Shown here: positions 10,353 through 19,126 of the stretch, piece by piece | How positions within the stretch are numbered: position 1 is the first letter of the stretch | How the letters are laid out: each line of letters opens with the position of its first letter | DNA from: Terriglobales bacterium | GTDB lineage: Bacteria > Acidobacteriota > Terriglobia > Bryobacterales > Bryobacteraceae | Assembly: GCA_021372245.1 (NCBI GenBank) | Contig: JAJFUV010000251.1 | Span: 14,799 to 78,798 of the forward strand | DNA length: 64,000 bases | Direction of reading: 5' to 3' | Notes under the pieces: generated by a model | Database searches by the model: none | What the model was told of the DNA's origin: nothing | What the model saw: the letters and a program-made list of their open reading frames with translations, nothing else | Position numbers and translations under genes: made by a program

Positions 10353-11843
10353 ATGCTCTTTTCGCGGCGGGCGTTTCTGGCGACGGCGCTCACCCCGCCG
10401 CAGGTGCGCTGTTTCCATCTTTCCGCTTCCCCCGAAGCGCTAGTCGCCGATCCGGAGCTTCCCAGCGTGGTGCGGGCCGCCGGCGTCACCGACGTCTGGA
10501 TCGGCGGCTATCTTTACGGGCACTGGTACTACACGCCGGAGCGAATCGCCGCGCAGCGCAAAGTGTGGGAACGCGCCGGTCTGCGAACGCATGTCATCCA
10601 GATTCCGCTTGGCCATCCGGGGGATTCCCTCGGTTCGGTGAGCGGGCAGCCACCGCTCACCCCTCCGGCCCACTGGAAGCCGGGCGTCCGTTCCAACGGC
10701 AAGCGCCAGTGGGGCACGTCGCTGCACGAGCCGGCCACCGCGGAAAATGTCGATGCCATCCGGCGTGTCGCCGCGATGGGCGTGCGCCGAGCATTCCTGG
10801 ACGACGATTTTCGCCTCGCGCAAGGTCCCGGCATCATCGGCGGGTGTTACTGCGATGCGCACCTGGCCGAGTTCACGCGCCGGTACGGGTACGGACCCGC
10901 CGTGCGCGAGCAGTTGCTCGATGCAGTCCGTGCGCGCCGCCTCGACGCGGTGGTGCGCAACTGGGTCGAGTACACCTGCGACCAATTGACGGTGTGCTTC
11001 CGGGCCATCCAGAAGGGCGCTCCCGAAATCGACCTGGGCATCATGGTGATGTATCTGGGCTCCGAGAAAGCCGGCATCCGGCTCGAGGATTACCGTGACG
11101 TGCCGCTCCGCGTCGGCGAGTTGATGTTCGACGACAAGTCGTTCGGCCGCGTGAAGGGCAAGACCAACGAGCTTTTCAGCGCGCTCTTCCACCGCCGCTT
11201 CACCACGGCCGAACGCGCCTTCAGCGAGACTACAGCATTTCCCTCCAACCAGCTTTCGGCGGCAAACATGGCGGCGAAGCTCGCCATCTCGACGCTTGCC
11301 GACGTGCGTAACACCATGTTGATGAGCGGAGTTACTCCAATTCCGCGTTCGCACTGGGCGACACTGGGGCCCGCCATGCGCAATCAGGCGGCGCTGCACG
11401 CGCGCGTGGCCGGCCATGTGCCGCGAGGCCCGTTCAAGCACTGGTGGGGCGAAGCCGCGCGCTACGTGGGCGATGACAATCCGTACAGCCTGTTTCTGGC
11501 TTCCGGAATCCCATTCGAAGTGTGCTATCAGCCGCCGCGCGAAGGTTGGGCATTTCTTTCCGGCGCCGACTCCATAAACACCAGCGCCGTCGCTGTCTCC
11601 CGCAAAACGGTACCCGAGACGCTGGCCGATCTTTACGCGTTCAAGCACCGGATACGGAAGGCGCTCACGGACGTGCCTTTTGTCGAGGACGACAAACCGG
11701 TGGTCTGCTCCTGGCTCCCCACGGCGAAGCGAGTGCTGCTATGGAACCTCGCCGAAGCGAAGGAGACTTTTTCACTCGCCTACGGAGAGAAGCGCCGCGA
11801 TGTCACGGCCGGCGCGCTCGAATTGGTTGAAGTGGAATTGTAA
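10353..11843 (+). CDS. Hypothetical protein with a Tat-like N-terminus (MLFSRRAFLATAL); function unknown
   Basis: 496-codon ORF with high GC3. The ATG is 1 nt after the carbamoyltransferase stop. I recognise no motif. Confidence 0.6.
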   Translation: MLFSRRAFLATALTPPQVRCFHLSASPEALVADPELPSVVRAAGVTDVWIGGYLYGHWYYTPERIAAQRKVWERAGLRTHVIQIPLGHPGDSLGSVSGQPPLTPPAHWKPGVRSNGKRQWGTSLHEPATAENVDAIRRVAAMGVRRAFLDDDFRLAQGPGIIGGCYCDAHLAEFTRRYGYGPAVREQLLDAVRARRLDAVVRNWVEYTCDQLTVCFRAIQKGAPEIDLGIMVMYLGSEKAGIRLEDYRDVPLRVGELMFDDKSFGRVKGKTNELFSALFHRRFTTAERAFSETTAFPSNQLSAANMAAKLAISTLADVRNTMLMSGVTPIPRSHWATLGPAMRNQAALHARVAGHVPRGPFKHWWGEAARYVGDDNPYSLFLASGIPFEVCYQPPREGWAFLSGADSINTSAVAVSRKTVPETLADLYAFKHRIRKALTDVPFVEDDKPVVCSWLPTAKRVLLWNLAEAKETFSLAYGEKRRDVTAGALELVEVEL

Positions 11844-11855
11844 GACCGGCCGCGG

Positions 11856-12062
11856 TTATTCGCTGATAGGTCCTTCGGCCGCTTCTTCCCAATGCCAATC
11901 CTCGTGATCGAAACTGTTTTCCGGCACGGCCTCCAGCAACACTTCGTCGTCATCGGAAGGGCCAGCGGACTGGAAGAGTTTCCTCCACTCGTGTCGCGGC
12001 GTTTCGGAGTTCGACACTTGCATGGGATCGTGTCCCGAACCTCTTGAATTTCCTTGCCTCAT
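11856..12062 (-). CDS. Small hypothetical protein with an acidic C-terminus, translationally coupled to recN
   Basis: ATG 12062-12060 overlaps the recN stop TGA (ATGA on the minus strand). 68 codons ending ...DDDEVLLEAVPENSFDHEDWHWEEAAEGPISE. The first dozen codons have weak GC3, so the true start could be the second Met (12023). Confidence 0.4.
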   Translation of the reverse strand: MRQGNSRGSGHDPMQVSNSETPRHEWRKLFQSAGPSDDDEVLLEAVPENSFDHEDWHWEEAAEGPISE

Positions 12063-13753
12063 CCCGCACTCCCCAGCTTTATCAGTTGTTCGGCGTGGCG
12101 CAGCGCCTCGGGCGTGAGCTTTTCGCCGGAGAGCATGCGTCCGATCTCCCGCACACGGGACGAGGCGTCCAGTTCCTCGATGGACGCGGTGGTGCGCCCG
12201 CCGGCCTCGTGCTTTTCGACGCGAAAATGGTGATCCGCGAAGCTGGCCATCTGCGGCAGGTGTGTCACGCAAAGCACCTGGTCGGAGGCCGCCAACTGCT
12301 TTAGGCGGCGGCCCACGGTTTCCGCGGCGCGGCCTCCGATGCCGGCGTCGACCTCGTCGAAGACCAGGGTGCGCGCAGCCTCCGCTCGTCGCTTCTCGCG
12401 GCCCGAGTGCGCGGCGGCGATGACCGTCTTCAGCGCCAGCGCGATGCGCGAGATCTCGCCGCCGGATGCGACTTTCTCGATGGCGCGCGGCTCCTCGCCG
12501 GGGTTCGGCGAAACCAGGAAACTCACCGCGTCGCTGCCGTTGGCGCTCCAGGGCGCGGGTTTGACCTCGATGCGGAACACGCTGCCTTCCATGGCCAACG
12601 TGGCGAGTTCGCGTTCGACTCCGCGGGCCAGCTTACGAGCCGCCTCCCGGCGCTGGCTTGAGAGACGCTCGGCCAGCCCCTGGTATTCGGCGGCCAGTTG
12701 CTCGCGCTCCGCGCGCAGTTCCTCGCGCCTCTGGTCGACGGTCTCGGCGGCGTTCAGGTTCGCCCGCACTTCCTCCAGGTAAGTGAGGATCTCCTCGGCG
12801 CTCCGCCCGTACTTGCGCTTCAGCTTCTCGATCGTCGCCAGGCGCGCTTCGATCGCCTCAAGCCGGTTGGGGTCCGCTTCCAGGCGGGAAAGATAATCGC
12901 GGACGGTGTGCGAAGCTTCGTCGATGGCAATCTCAGTGGGTTTGAGCGTTTCCAGCGCTTCGACGAGCGACGAGTCGATCCGGCAGATCTCTTCCAGGCG
13001 CCGTACGGCCGTGCGTACGGCGGCGAAAGCGGACTCGGGCGAATCGTAGAGCGCCGAGTAAGCCGCGGAGGCCGCCTCCTCGAGCCGCACCACGTTCTGC
13101 AGCACGCGGCGCTCCTTCTCAAGAGCCTGATCCTCCCCCGCGGTGAGCGAGGCGCCCTCTATTTCGCGCTTCTGAAAGCTCCACAGGTCGGCCAGCCGCA
13201 GCCGCTCCTGCTCGGCTTTTTCGAGTTCCTCCAACTCAGACCCGCAAGCGCGCCACCGCTCGTACACTCCCGCGACGCCGGCAAGCGCCTCCCCATGGGA
13301 TGCGTATTCGTCGAGCAGTTCGCGCTGCGCGTCCGCGGAAAACAGGAGCTGCTGATCGTGCTGGCCGTGGATGTCCGCAAGGTGCGGCGCGATTTCCCGG
13401 AGTAGCGCGGCGGTCACGGGGTGGTTCTCAACAAACGCACGGGACTTGCCGTTGGCGAGGACCTCTCGCTCTACAAGCAGCTCGCCGTCCTCGCATTCGA
13501 GCCCCGCCTGTTCGAGCAATGCCCGGAGCGGGCGGCTTTGCATAGCCTCGAAAATTCCCGAGATGCGCGCGCGTTCCGCGCCCGTGCGGATGCTTTCGCC
13601 CGACGCACGCCCGCCGAGCAGAAGCGCAAGCGCATCCACCACGATGGACTTGCCGCTACCCGTTTCACCCGTAAGCAGATTGAGCCCCGTGTGAAAGCGC
13701 ACGCGAAGCTGTTCGATCACGGCGTAGTTCTCTATCACTAACTCGACGAGCAT
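12059..13753 (-). CDS. recN: DNA repair protein RecN
   Basis: MLVELVIENYAVIEQL N-terminus, Walker A GETGSGKSIVVDAL, long coiled-coil, SMC-type C-terminus (LVFDEVDAGIGG). I preferred ATG 13753 to TTG 13762. Confidence 0.92.
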   Translation of the reverse strand: MLVELVIENYAVIEQLRVRFHTGLNLLTGETGSGKSIVVDALALLLGGRASGESIRTGAERARISGIFEAMQSRPLRALLEQAGLECEDGELLVEREVLANGKSRAFVENHPVTAALLREIAPHLADIHGQHDQQLLFSADAQRELLDEYASHGEALAGVAGVYERWRACGSELEELEKAEQERLRLADLWSFQKREIEGASLTAGEDQALEKERRVLQNVVRLEEAASAAYSALYDSPESAFAAVRTAVRRLEEICRIDSSLVEALETLKPTEIAIDEASHTVRDYLSRLEADPNRLEAIEARLATIEKLKRKYGRSAEEILTYLEEVRANLNAAETVDQRREELRAEREQLAAEYQGLAERLSSQRREAARKLARGVERELATLAMEGSVFRIEVKPAPWSANGSDAVSFLVSPNPGEEPRAIEKVASGGEISRIALALKTVIAAAHSGREKRRAEAARTLVFDEVDAGIGGRAAETVGRRLKQLAASDQVLCVTHLPQMASFADHHFRVEKHEAGGRTTASIEELDASSRVREIGRMLSGEKLTPEALRHAEQLIKLGSAG

Positions 13754-13890
13754 CCGAGGCAATTATACGAGGTTTCGGGCCCGGAATCGTCCATCCTCCG
13801 TTCCTTCCCGTCTTATTTTGAAGTGACGGTGAGGCGATGCGGTCCCCTACTGCAATATGATAGAAGTTCGGGTTAGTTAAAGGAGACGTC

Positions 13891-14577
13891 TTGATTTCTC
13901 ACCCACCGATGGCTTTTCTACTGCAAATGAATATGCTCGAGATGATCAGCCGGGCCAAGCCGATCCCCATGGCCGTGATCGCATTCCTGTTGATCTTCTC
14001 CCTGCTGAGCTGGGCCATCATCTTTGGTAAGTGGAACAATTTCCGCCAGGCACGCCAGGCGAACCTCAAGTTCATCCGCGCGTTCCGCAAATCGCCGACG
14101 CTTGAAGCGGTGGCGGTCGTCGCGGAGCAGTTTCGCGTTTCTCCGCTGGTGGCGGTTTTCGATTTCGGCTACGAAGAGGTCGACCGGCAGATGAAGAGCT
14201 ACAGCCGGTTGCGCAATCCACTGGCGCTCGAACGCGCGCTGCAGTTGGGCGTGAGCGAGGAACTCGCCAAGCTCGAGCGCAATTTGAACTGGCTGGCCAC
14301 GGTGGCGTCGGTCTCGCCGTTCATCGGGCTGCTCGGGACCGTTGTCGGCATCATCGATGCCTTCCAGGCTCTCGGCATGGCCGGCAGCGCGAGCCTGCGC
14401 GCGGTGGCGCCGGGTATTTCAGAGGCGCTCATCACCACAGCCATGGGCCTGGGCGCGGCGATCCCCGCCGCCATTTTCTACAACTACTTCGGTCACGTCA
14501 TCAAGGAGATGGGCGCGCGCATGGAAGACTTCGCGCTGGAATTCCTCAACGTGGCCGAACGCGACATTGAGGCGTGA
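13891..14577 (+). CDS. tolQ: Tol-Pal system protein TolQ (MotA/TolQ/ExbB proton channel)
   Basis: Three TM segments and the conserved C-terminal block LATVASVSPFIGLLGTVVGIIDAF...ISEALITTAMGL. AAGGAG lies 5 nt upstream of TTG 13891. First gene of a tolQRAB-pal-cpoB array. Confidence 0.85.
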   Translation: MISHPPMAFLLQMNMLEMISRAKPIPMAVIAFLLIFSLLSWAIIFGKWNNFRQARQANLKFIRAFRKSPTLEAVAVVAEQFRVSPLVAVFDFGYEEVDRQMKSYSRLRNPLALERALQLGVSEELAKLERNLNWLATVASVSPFIGLLGTVVGIIDAFQALGMAGSASLRAVAPGISEALITTAMGLGAAIPAAIFYNYFGHVIKEMGARMEDFALEFLNVAERDIEA

Positions 14578-14580
14578 CAC

Positions 14581-15021
14581 ATGGGTGGCTTTAACAACGG
14601 GTTGCGGGGCGGACGCGGGCGCTTCGGCGCGGGCGCCATGGCTGAAATCAACATCGTGCCGCTCGTGGACGTAGTCCTGGTCCTCCTCATCATTTTCATG
14701 ATCACCGCCAACGTCATGGAGTTCGGCATGGAAGTGGATGTGCCGAAAGTGAAGACGGTGCGCGAGAGCGCGGAGGAATTGCCCGTAATCAACATCACGC
14801 GCTCCGGCGAGCTCTTTCTCAACGAGAAGAGTGTGAACATCAACGATCTGGCTAGCGAGATTCAAAGCCGCTTCCGAAATCCCAAATCGGTGTACGTGCG
14901 CGCCGACAAGGCCACGATCTGGGACCCCATTGCGCAAGTAATCAGCGAACTGGGGGCCGCCAAGATCGATGTGAAGGTGGTAACGCGACCGGAGGATGAG
15001 GCCGACAAGAAACGCCGCTGA
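14581..15021 (+). CDS. tolR: Tol-Pal system protein TolR (ExbD/TolR family)
   Basis: MAEINIVPLVDVVLVLLIIFMIT signature TM segment. Position follows tolQ. Confidence 0.85.
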   Translation: MGGFNNGLRGGRGRFGAGAMAEINIVPLVDVVLVLLIIFMITANVMEFGMEVDVPKVKTVRESAEELPVINITRSGELFLNEKSVNINDLASEIQSRFRNPKSVYVRADKATIWDPIAQVISELGAAKIDVKVVTRPEDEADKKRR

Positions 15022-15046
15022 GGCGGCCTCCGGCGCTTAGTCAAAA

Positions 15047-15844
15047 ATGCCAGCACACGGCGACATTCTCGATCAGGCCGAATCGCTCAAGAAGCCCTTC
15101 CTGGCTTCCATGGGCCTGCATGTGGCGGTATTCGCGTTTCTGATCGGGTATGGCGCGGTGGTCACGCGCGGCAAGATCCTGTGGGGCGACCCGAATTCGC
15201 TCGGCGGCGGCGGTGTGGTGGGTATCACCCCGGTAAGCCAGATCGCGCTTCCCTCGCGCGGCGGTCCCCTGAATCCGGTGGCCAACGACACCGAATCCAA
15301 CGTTCCTCTGCCGCCTAAGGAAGAGACGGCCAAGAGGCGGGAGCGAGCGGAGGATCCCGATGCCATCGCTCTCAAAACCAAGCGCCGCAAAGTCAAATTG
15401 AGCGACGTTTCGGCCAGTTATCAGCGCTACCGTGCCAATCCGAATCCACGCGGCAATCAGCTCTATTCGAGCGCGGGCCAGGCCATGAGTTCCACCATGT
15501 TCGGCGGCATGTCGGGCAGCGGTGGCGTGGGTGTGGGTTCGGGTTCGCCGTTCGGGAACCGGTACGGCTATTACGTGGATCTGCTCAGGCAGCGCGTGAG
15601 CGAGAAGTGGCGCACGCAGGACGTGGATCCGCGCCTGCACTCCGCGCCGGTCGTGATCGTGAGCTTCGATATCCAACGCGACGGCTCCGTTTCCGGTGTC
15701 CGGTTCCTGCAGCGAAGTGGAACGGCTACGCTGGATTATTCCGCGCAGCGGGCCATCGTGGAAGCCAGCCCGTTTCCGCCGTTGCCCGCCGGTTACTCCG
15801 GCCGCTACGCCACGATCGAGTTCTGGTTCCAGCTAAGAAGATGA
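15047..15844 (+). CDS. tolA: TolA / TonB-family protein (N-terminal TM anchor, Pro/Lys-rich linker, TonB_C-like domain)
   Basis: TM anchor LHVAVFAFLIGYGAVV. C-terminal VVIVSFDIQRDGSVSGVRFLQRSGTATLDYSAQRAIVEASPFPPLP. Lies between tolR and tolB. Confidence 0.7.
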   Translation: MPAHGDILDQAESLKKPFLASMGLHVAVFAFLIGYGAVVTRGKILWGDPNSLGGGGVVGITPVSQIALPSRGGPLNPVANDTESNVPLPPKEETAKRRERAEDPDAIALKTKRRKVKLSDVSASYQRYRANPNPRGNQLYSSAGQAMSSTMFGGMSGSGGVGVGSGSPFGNRYGYYVDLLRQRVSEKWRTQDVDPRLHSAPVVIVSFDIQRDGSVSGVRFLQRSGTATLDYSAQRAIVEASPFPPLPAGYSGRYATIEFWFQLRR

Positions 15845-17238
15845 AGAGACAAATTGTTATCAGCCTGTTTCTGACGGCCCTGGCGGCTGTGGCCTCGTTC
15901 GCCCAGCAGCCTGATGTGGTCATCAAGATCCTCAAGAACGAACGCGCCGTCATGGCGATCCCCGATTTCCGCGGCGCTGGCGAGGCGCAACGCTTCATGG
16001 GTGTGTTCAACCCCACGCTGTGGGGCGATGTGCAGGATTCGGGCCTGTTCAAGATGGCCCCCAAGAGTTTCTATCCCACCCAGGTTCCGCAGCGGCCGCA
16101 GGACTTCAAACCGCCGCTGCCCGCGCCGGCGCAGCACCGTCGTGGCGCGCCGCCGCCGCGGCCTATCAGCCAGGGACCCTGGCTGACCGACTGGTCGGAG
16201 CCTCCGGTCAGCACGAATTATCTTGCCTTTGGCTATGTTGCCATCCAGGCCGAACAACTTGTTCTGTTCGGCTGGCTTTACAACGTCGGACAGCCGGACC
16301 TGGCCTCGGCGCAGGTTTTCGGAAAGGTCTACTTCGGATCGGTCAATGACGATGGCGCCCGCAAGATTGCGCGCGACTTCGCCGCAGATATCCTGAGCCA
16401 GTTCGGCGCAAAAGGATTGGCTGGATCCAAGATCTATTTTGTGTCCAATCGCACGGGCCGTGGACTCAAAGAAATCTGGTCCATGGACTACGATGGATCC
16501 AACCAGAAACAGCTCACTTCGTACCGGTCCATATCGACGATGCCGGGTGTTTCACCCGACGGAACGCGCTTGGCATTCACTAGCTTCTACAAAACGTTTC
16601 CTGCTATAGTGATACACTCATTGGAGACGGGACGAAAGTTGCCGTTCTTCAACCAGATCGCATCCATGAATGCGACGGCGGATTTTATGCCTGACGGCCA
16701 GCACATGTTGTTTTCGTCGACGCTGGCGAGCCGGGAGGCCCAGATTTACATGTGTGATCTGGCTGGAGGGAACCTAAAGCGTATCTCGATGGTACGCGCC
16801 ATCGAGGTGGAGCCGAAGGCGAATCCGCGAACAGGACAGGAGATCGTCTTTGTTTCCGGTCGCTCCGGACCCGCGCAAGTATATAAAATGAATTTAGAAG
16901 GCGCCAACGTTGAAAGGCTGACGGACGGGACTGGCGAAGCCGGGAATCCGGCATGGCACCCCGACGGTCGGCACATCGCTTTCAAGTGGACTCGCGGCTA
17001 TGAGCCCGGCAACTGGAACATCTTCGTGATGGACGTTGCCACCAGGCAGTTTGAGCAGTTGACTCATGGGGCCGGGAAGAACGAGAATCCGACTTGGGCG
17101 CCGGATGGCCGGCATATCGTGTTCAGCAGTAACCGGACCGGATCGTTTCAGATTTGGACCATGTTGGCTGATGGAACACAACTTAAGCAACTTACCACCA
17201 GCGGCAACAATACGATGCCGGTATGGAGCAAACAGTAA
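15841..17238 (+). CDS. tolB: Tol-Pal system beta-propeller protein TolB
   Basis: Signal peptide MKRQIVISLFLTALAAVASFAQQ, then repeated WD40-like PD40 motifs (SPDGTRLAF, MPDGQHMLF, WHPDGRHIAF, WAPDGRHIVFSS). ATG 15841 overlaps the tolA stop (ATGA). The ORF-track start at 15607 is an upstream extension. Confidence 0.9.
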   Translation: MKRQIVISLFLTALAAVASFAQQPDVVIKILKNERAVMAIPDFRGAGEAQRFMGVFNPTLWGDVQDSGLFKMAPKSFYPTQVPQRPQDFKPPLPAPAQHRRGAPPPRPISQGPWLTDWSEPPVSTNYLAFGYVAIQAEQLVLFGWLYNVGQPDLASAQVFGKVYFGSVNDDGARKIARDFAADILSQFGAKGLAGSKIYFVSNRTGRGLKEIWSMDYDGSNQKQLTSYRSISTMPGVSPDGTRLAFTSFYKTFPAIVIHSLETGRKLPFFNQIASMNATADFMPDGQHMLFSSTLASREAQIYMCDLAGGNLKRISMVRAIEVEPKANPRTGQEIVFVSGRSGPAQVYKMNLEGANVERLTDGTGEAGNPAWHPDGRHIAFKWTRGYEPGNWNIFVMDVATRQFEQLTHGAGKNENPTWAPDGRHIVFSSNRTGSFQIWTMLADGTQLKQLTTSGNNTMPVWSKQ

Positions 17239-17290
17239 AATTGATGTTCAGTCAGTTGGAGATTTCAGGAGGCGAAGTTCAGGAAGAGTT

Positions 17291-18052
17291 ATGAAGAAGA
17301 TTATTCTGTTGGTTTTGGGTTTGACTTTGTTGTTCTTTGCGGTCGGCTGCAAGAAGAAAGCTCCTGCGCCGCCGCCACCGCCACCGCCGAAGGTTGAAGC
17401 ACCACCGCCTCCGGCCAAGCCGATGATTTCTTCGTTCGCCGCGGAACCGTCGACCATCGAGCGTGGTCAGTGCTCCACGCTGCGTTGGGCGACCGAGAAT
17501 GCCACGGACGTGTCAATCGACCAGGGTATCGGCACCGTGTCCGCCAGTGGTACTCGCCAGGTTTGCCCGAACGACACTACGACGTACGCGATGACGGCCA
17601 AGGGCCCGGGTGGAACTGCGACGTCTTCGGCCACCGTTACGGTGACCGCTCCGCCGCCGCCACCACCACCACCGCCGCCAGCCAAGAAGACCTTGCAGGA
17701 ACGGTTGGCTAACGAGGTGCAGGATGCGTTCTACGATTACGACAAGAGCGACGTCCGCGAGGATGCTCGTGCGGTCCTCACCCGTGACGCCGACGCGTTG
17801 AAGTCCATCCTGCAGGAGTTCCCGGATGCCATCATCACGGTGGAAGGCCATTGCGACGAACGCGGTTCGGCTGAGTACAACCTCGGCCTCGGCGATCGCC
17901 GTGCGACGTCCGCCAAGGACTTCCTGGTTCAGTTGGGCGTTTCCGCCGACAAGCTGAAGAATATCAGCTACGGTAAGGAGCGGCCGCAGTGCACCGAGTC
18001 CAACGAAGCGTGCTGGCAGAAGAACCGCCGCGCTCACTTCTCGGCTCAGTAG
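17291..18052 (+). CDS. pal: Peptidoglycan-associated lipoprotein Pal (OmpA family) with an inserted Ig-like domain flanked by poly-proline linkers
   Basis: Lipobox LFFAVGC. OmpA-like C-terminus (VEGHCDERGSAEYNLGLGDRRA...NRRAHF). P7 and P10 runs flank a roughly 75-aa beta-rich module. ATG 17291. Confidence 0.88.
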   Translation: MKKIILLVLGLTLLFFAVGCKKKAPAPPPPPPPKVEAPPPPAKPMISSFAAEPSTIERGQCSTLRWATENATDVSIDQGIGTVSASGTRQVCPNDTTTYAMTAKGPGGTATSSATVTVTAPPPPPPPPPPAKKTLQERLANEVQDAFYDYDKSDVREDARAVLTRDADALKSILQEFPDAIITVEGHCDERGSAEYNLGLGDRRATSAKDFLVQLGVSADKLKNISYGKERPQCTESNEACWQKNRRAHFSAQ

Positions 18053-18077
18053 GAAGTTAACGAAGTAGTCGATTCCG

Positions 18078-18130
18078 CGAAGACCGTGGGACGGCTCCCC
18101 TCGCAAAGAGGGGAGCTTCCCCGGTCTTCG
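18078..18130 (+). terminator. Long nested stem-loop between pal and cpoB (possible intrinsic terminator or attenuator)
   Basis: Outer stem CGAAGACCG (18078-18086) pairs with CGGTCTTCG (18122-18130). Inner perfect stem GGCTCCCCTC / GAGGGGAGC closes loop GCAAA, and GGGA/TCCC pairing bridges the two stems. It is followed by TCTTTC. It starts 26 nt after the pal stop and ends 18 nt before the cpoB ATG. Confidence 0.5.
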
Positions 18131-18148
18131 TCTTTCGAGGAGACTGTG

Positions 18149-19036
18149 ATGAAACCCATTCGCTCGATCTGGCTTCTTGCTGTCGTCCTGGCGCTCCCCT
18201 GCGCCGCGCAGAAGCGCGAGATACAGGACTTGCAGCGCGACGTGGCCCTGTTGCAGGACGACGTCAAGAGTATGCGCAAGACGTTGGACGAGAGCATGAC
18301 GGCGCTCAAGGTTCTCACTCAGCAGATTCTTGACACTGTCAACAGGATCAACACCGGCATGGCGGTCATGGATAACACGGTGCGCGACCGGCTGAAGGAT
18401 CAGGAAAAGAGCGTGATTGCACCCGTGGCGGGCGTAGGCACCAAGATCGACCAAATGACCACCGAGTTCTCTTACGTGAAGGAAACCGTCACGGAGATGA
18501 ACACGCGGATGGGCAAGCTTGAACGCCAGGTGCTGGATCTGGGCAACAGCATTAAGACGCTGAACGCGCCTCCGGCTCCGCCGGATAGCTCTTCGACGAC
18601 CACAGGCGGCGGCGCAGCCGGCGTGTCGGCCGAGCAACTCTACGAGAGCGCCCTGCGGGATAAGTCCGCCGGCCATCTCGAGATGGCTCTGCAGCAGTTC
18701 GCCGAGTATCTGAGACTTTTCGGTACCACCCAGTCGGCGCCCAACGCCCAGTATCAGATCGGCGAGATCTACTATCAGAACGGCGACTACGCGCCGGCTC
18801 TGAAGGCTTTCGACACCTTGCTCGAAAAGTACCCCGAGAACAACAAGACCCGCGACGGGATGTACATGAAGGGCATGGCACTGACAAAATTGGGACGGCG
18901 AACGGACGCCACCCGCCTGTTTCAGGACCTCATCGATGCCTATCCGAATTCCGAGCAGGCCACCAAGGCGAAGGCGCAGCTCCGGAGTCAGGGTGTGACC
19001 GCTTCCAAGGCGAAGGCCAAGAAGAAGGCCAGGTAG
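18149..19036 (+). CDS. cpoB: Tol-Pal system protein CpoB/YbgF (coiled-coil plus TPR)
   Basis: Signal peptide MKPIRSIWLLAVVLALPCAAQ, coiled-coil N-terminal half, TPR-like C-terminal half (YQIGEIYYQNGDYAPALKAF...YMKGMALTKLGR). Last gene of the Tol-Pal array. ATG 18149 follows GAGGAG. Confidence 0.8.
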   Translation: MKPIRSIWLLAVVLALPCAAQKREIQDLQRDVALLQDDVKSMRKTLDESMTALKVLTQQILDTVNRINTGMAVMDNTVRDRLKDQEKSVIAPVAGVGTKIDQMTTEFSYVKETVTEMNTRMGKLERQVLDLGNSIKTLNAPPAPPDSSSTTTGGGAAGVSAEQLYESALRDKSAGHLEMALQQFAEYLRLFGTTQSAPNAQYQIGEIYYQNGDYAPALKAFDTLLEKYPENNKTRDGMYMKGMALTKLGRRTDATRLFQDLIDAYPNSEQATKAKAQLRSQGVTASKAKAKKKAR

Positions 19037-19126
19037 CGCTTTGGCTGATTCGGCCGCCTCGCACCCATTCAAAGTGTCCGCACAAACAAACGCGCATCGT
19101 GGTATTCTAAATCCTCGCTGAGGGCC

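Noticed and set aside
9176-10489. Very long ORFs antisense to, or out of frame with, confidently assigned genes. Examples: 9176-10489(-), 17513-19141(-), 25971-27305(+), 48120-49250(-), 51843-53228(+), 54327-55808(-), 56244-57905(-), 61963-63276(+).
   Set aside because: These are typical shadow ORFs of a GC-rich genome. Their translations are Arg/Ala/Gly/Pro-rich low-complexity strings with no motifs, and each is fully covered by a gene with clear family signatures on the other strand or frame.
13754-13890. Possible LexA/SOS box upstream of recN in the recN/tolQ divergent region (for example TACTGCAATATGATAG and GTTCGGGTTAGTTA).
   Set aside because: Neither matches CTGT-N8-ACAG, GAAC-N4-GTTC or GTTC-N7-GTTC spacing. 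I do not know the LexA motif for this lineage with confidence.
16440-17290. Visibly lower-GC patch over the 3' part of tolB and the tolB-pal spacer, considered as a possible horizontally acquired segment.
   Set aside because: The reading frame and the TolB propeller motifs are continuous through it, and the Tol-Pal gene order is canonical. There are no flanking repeats or mobility genes.
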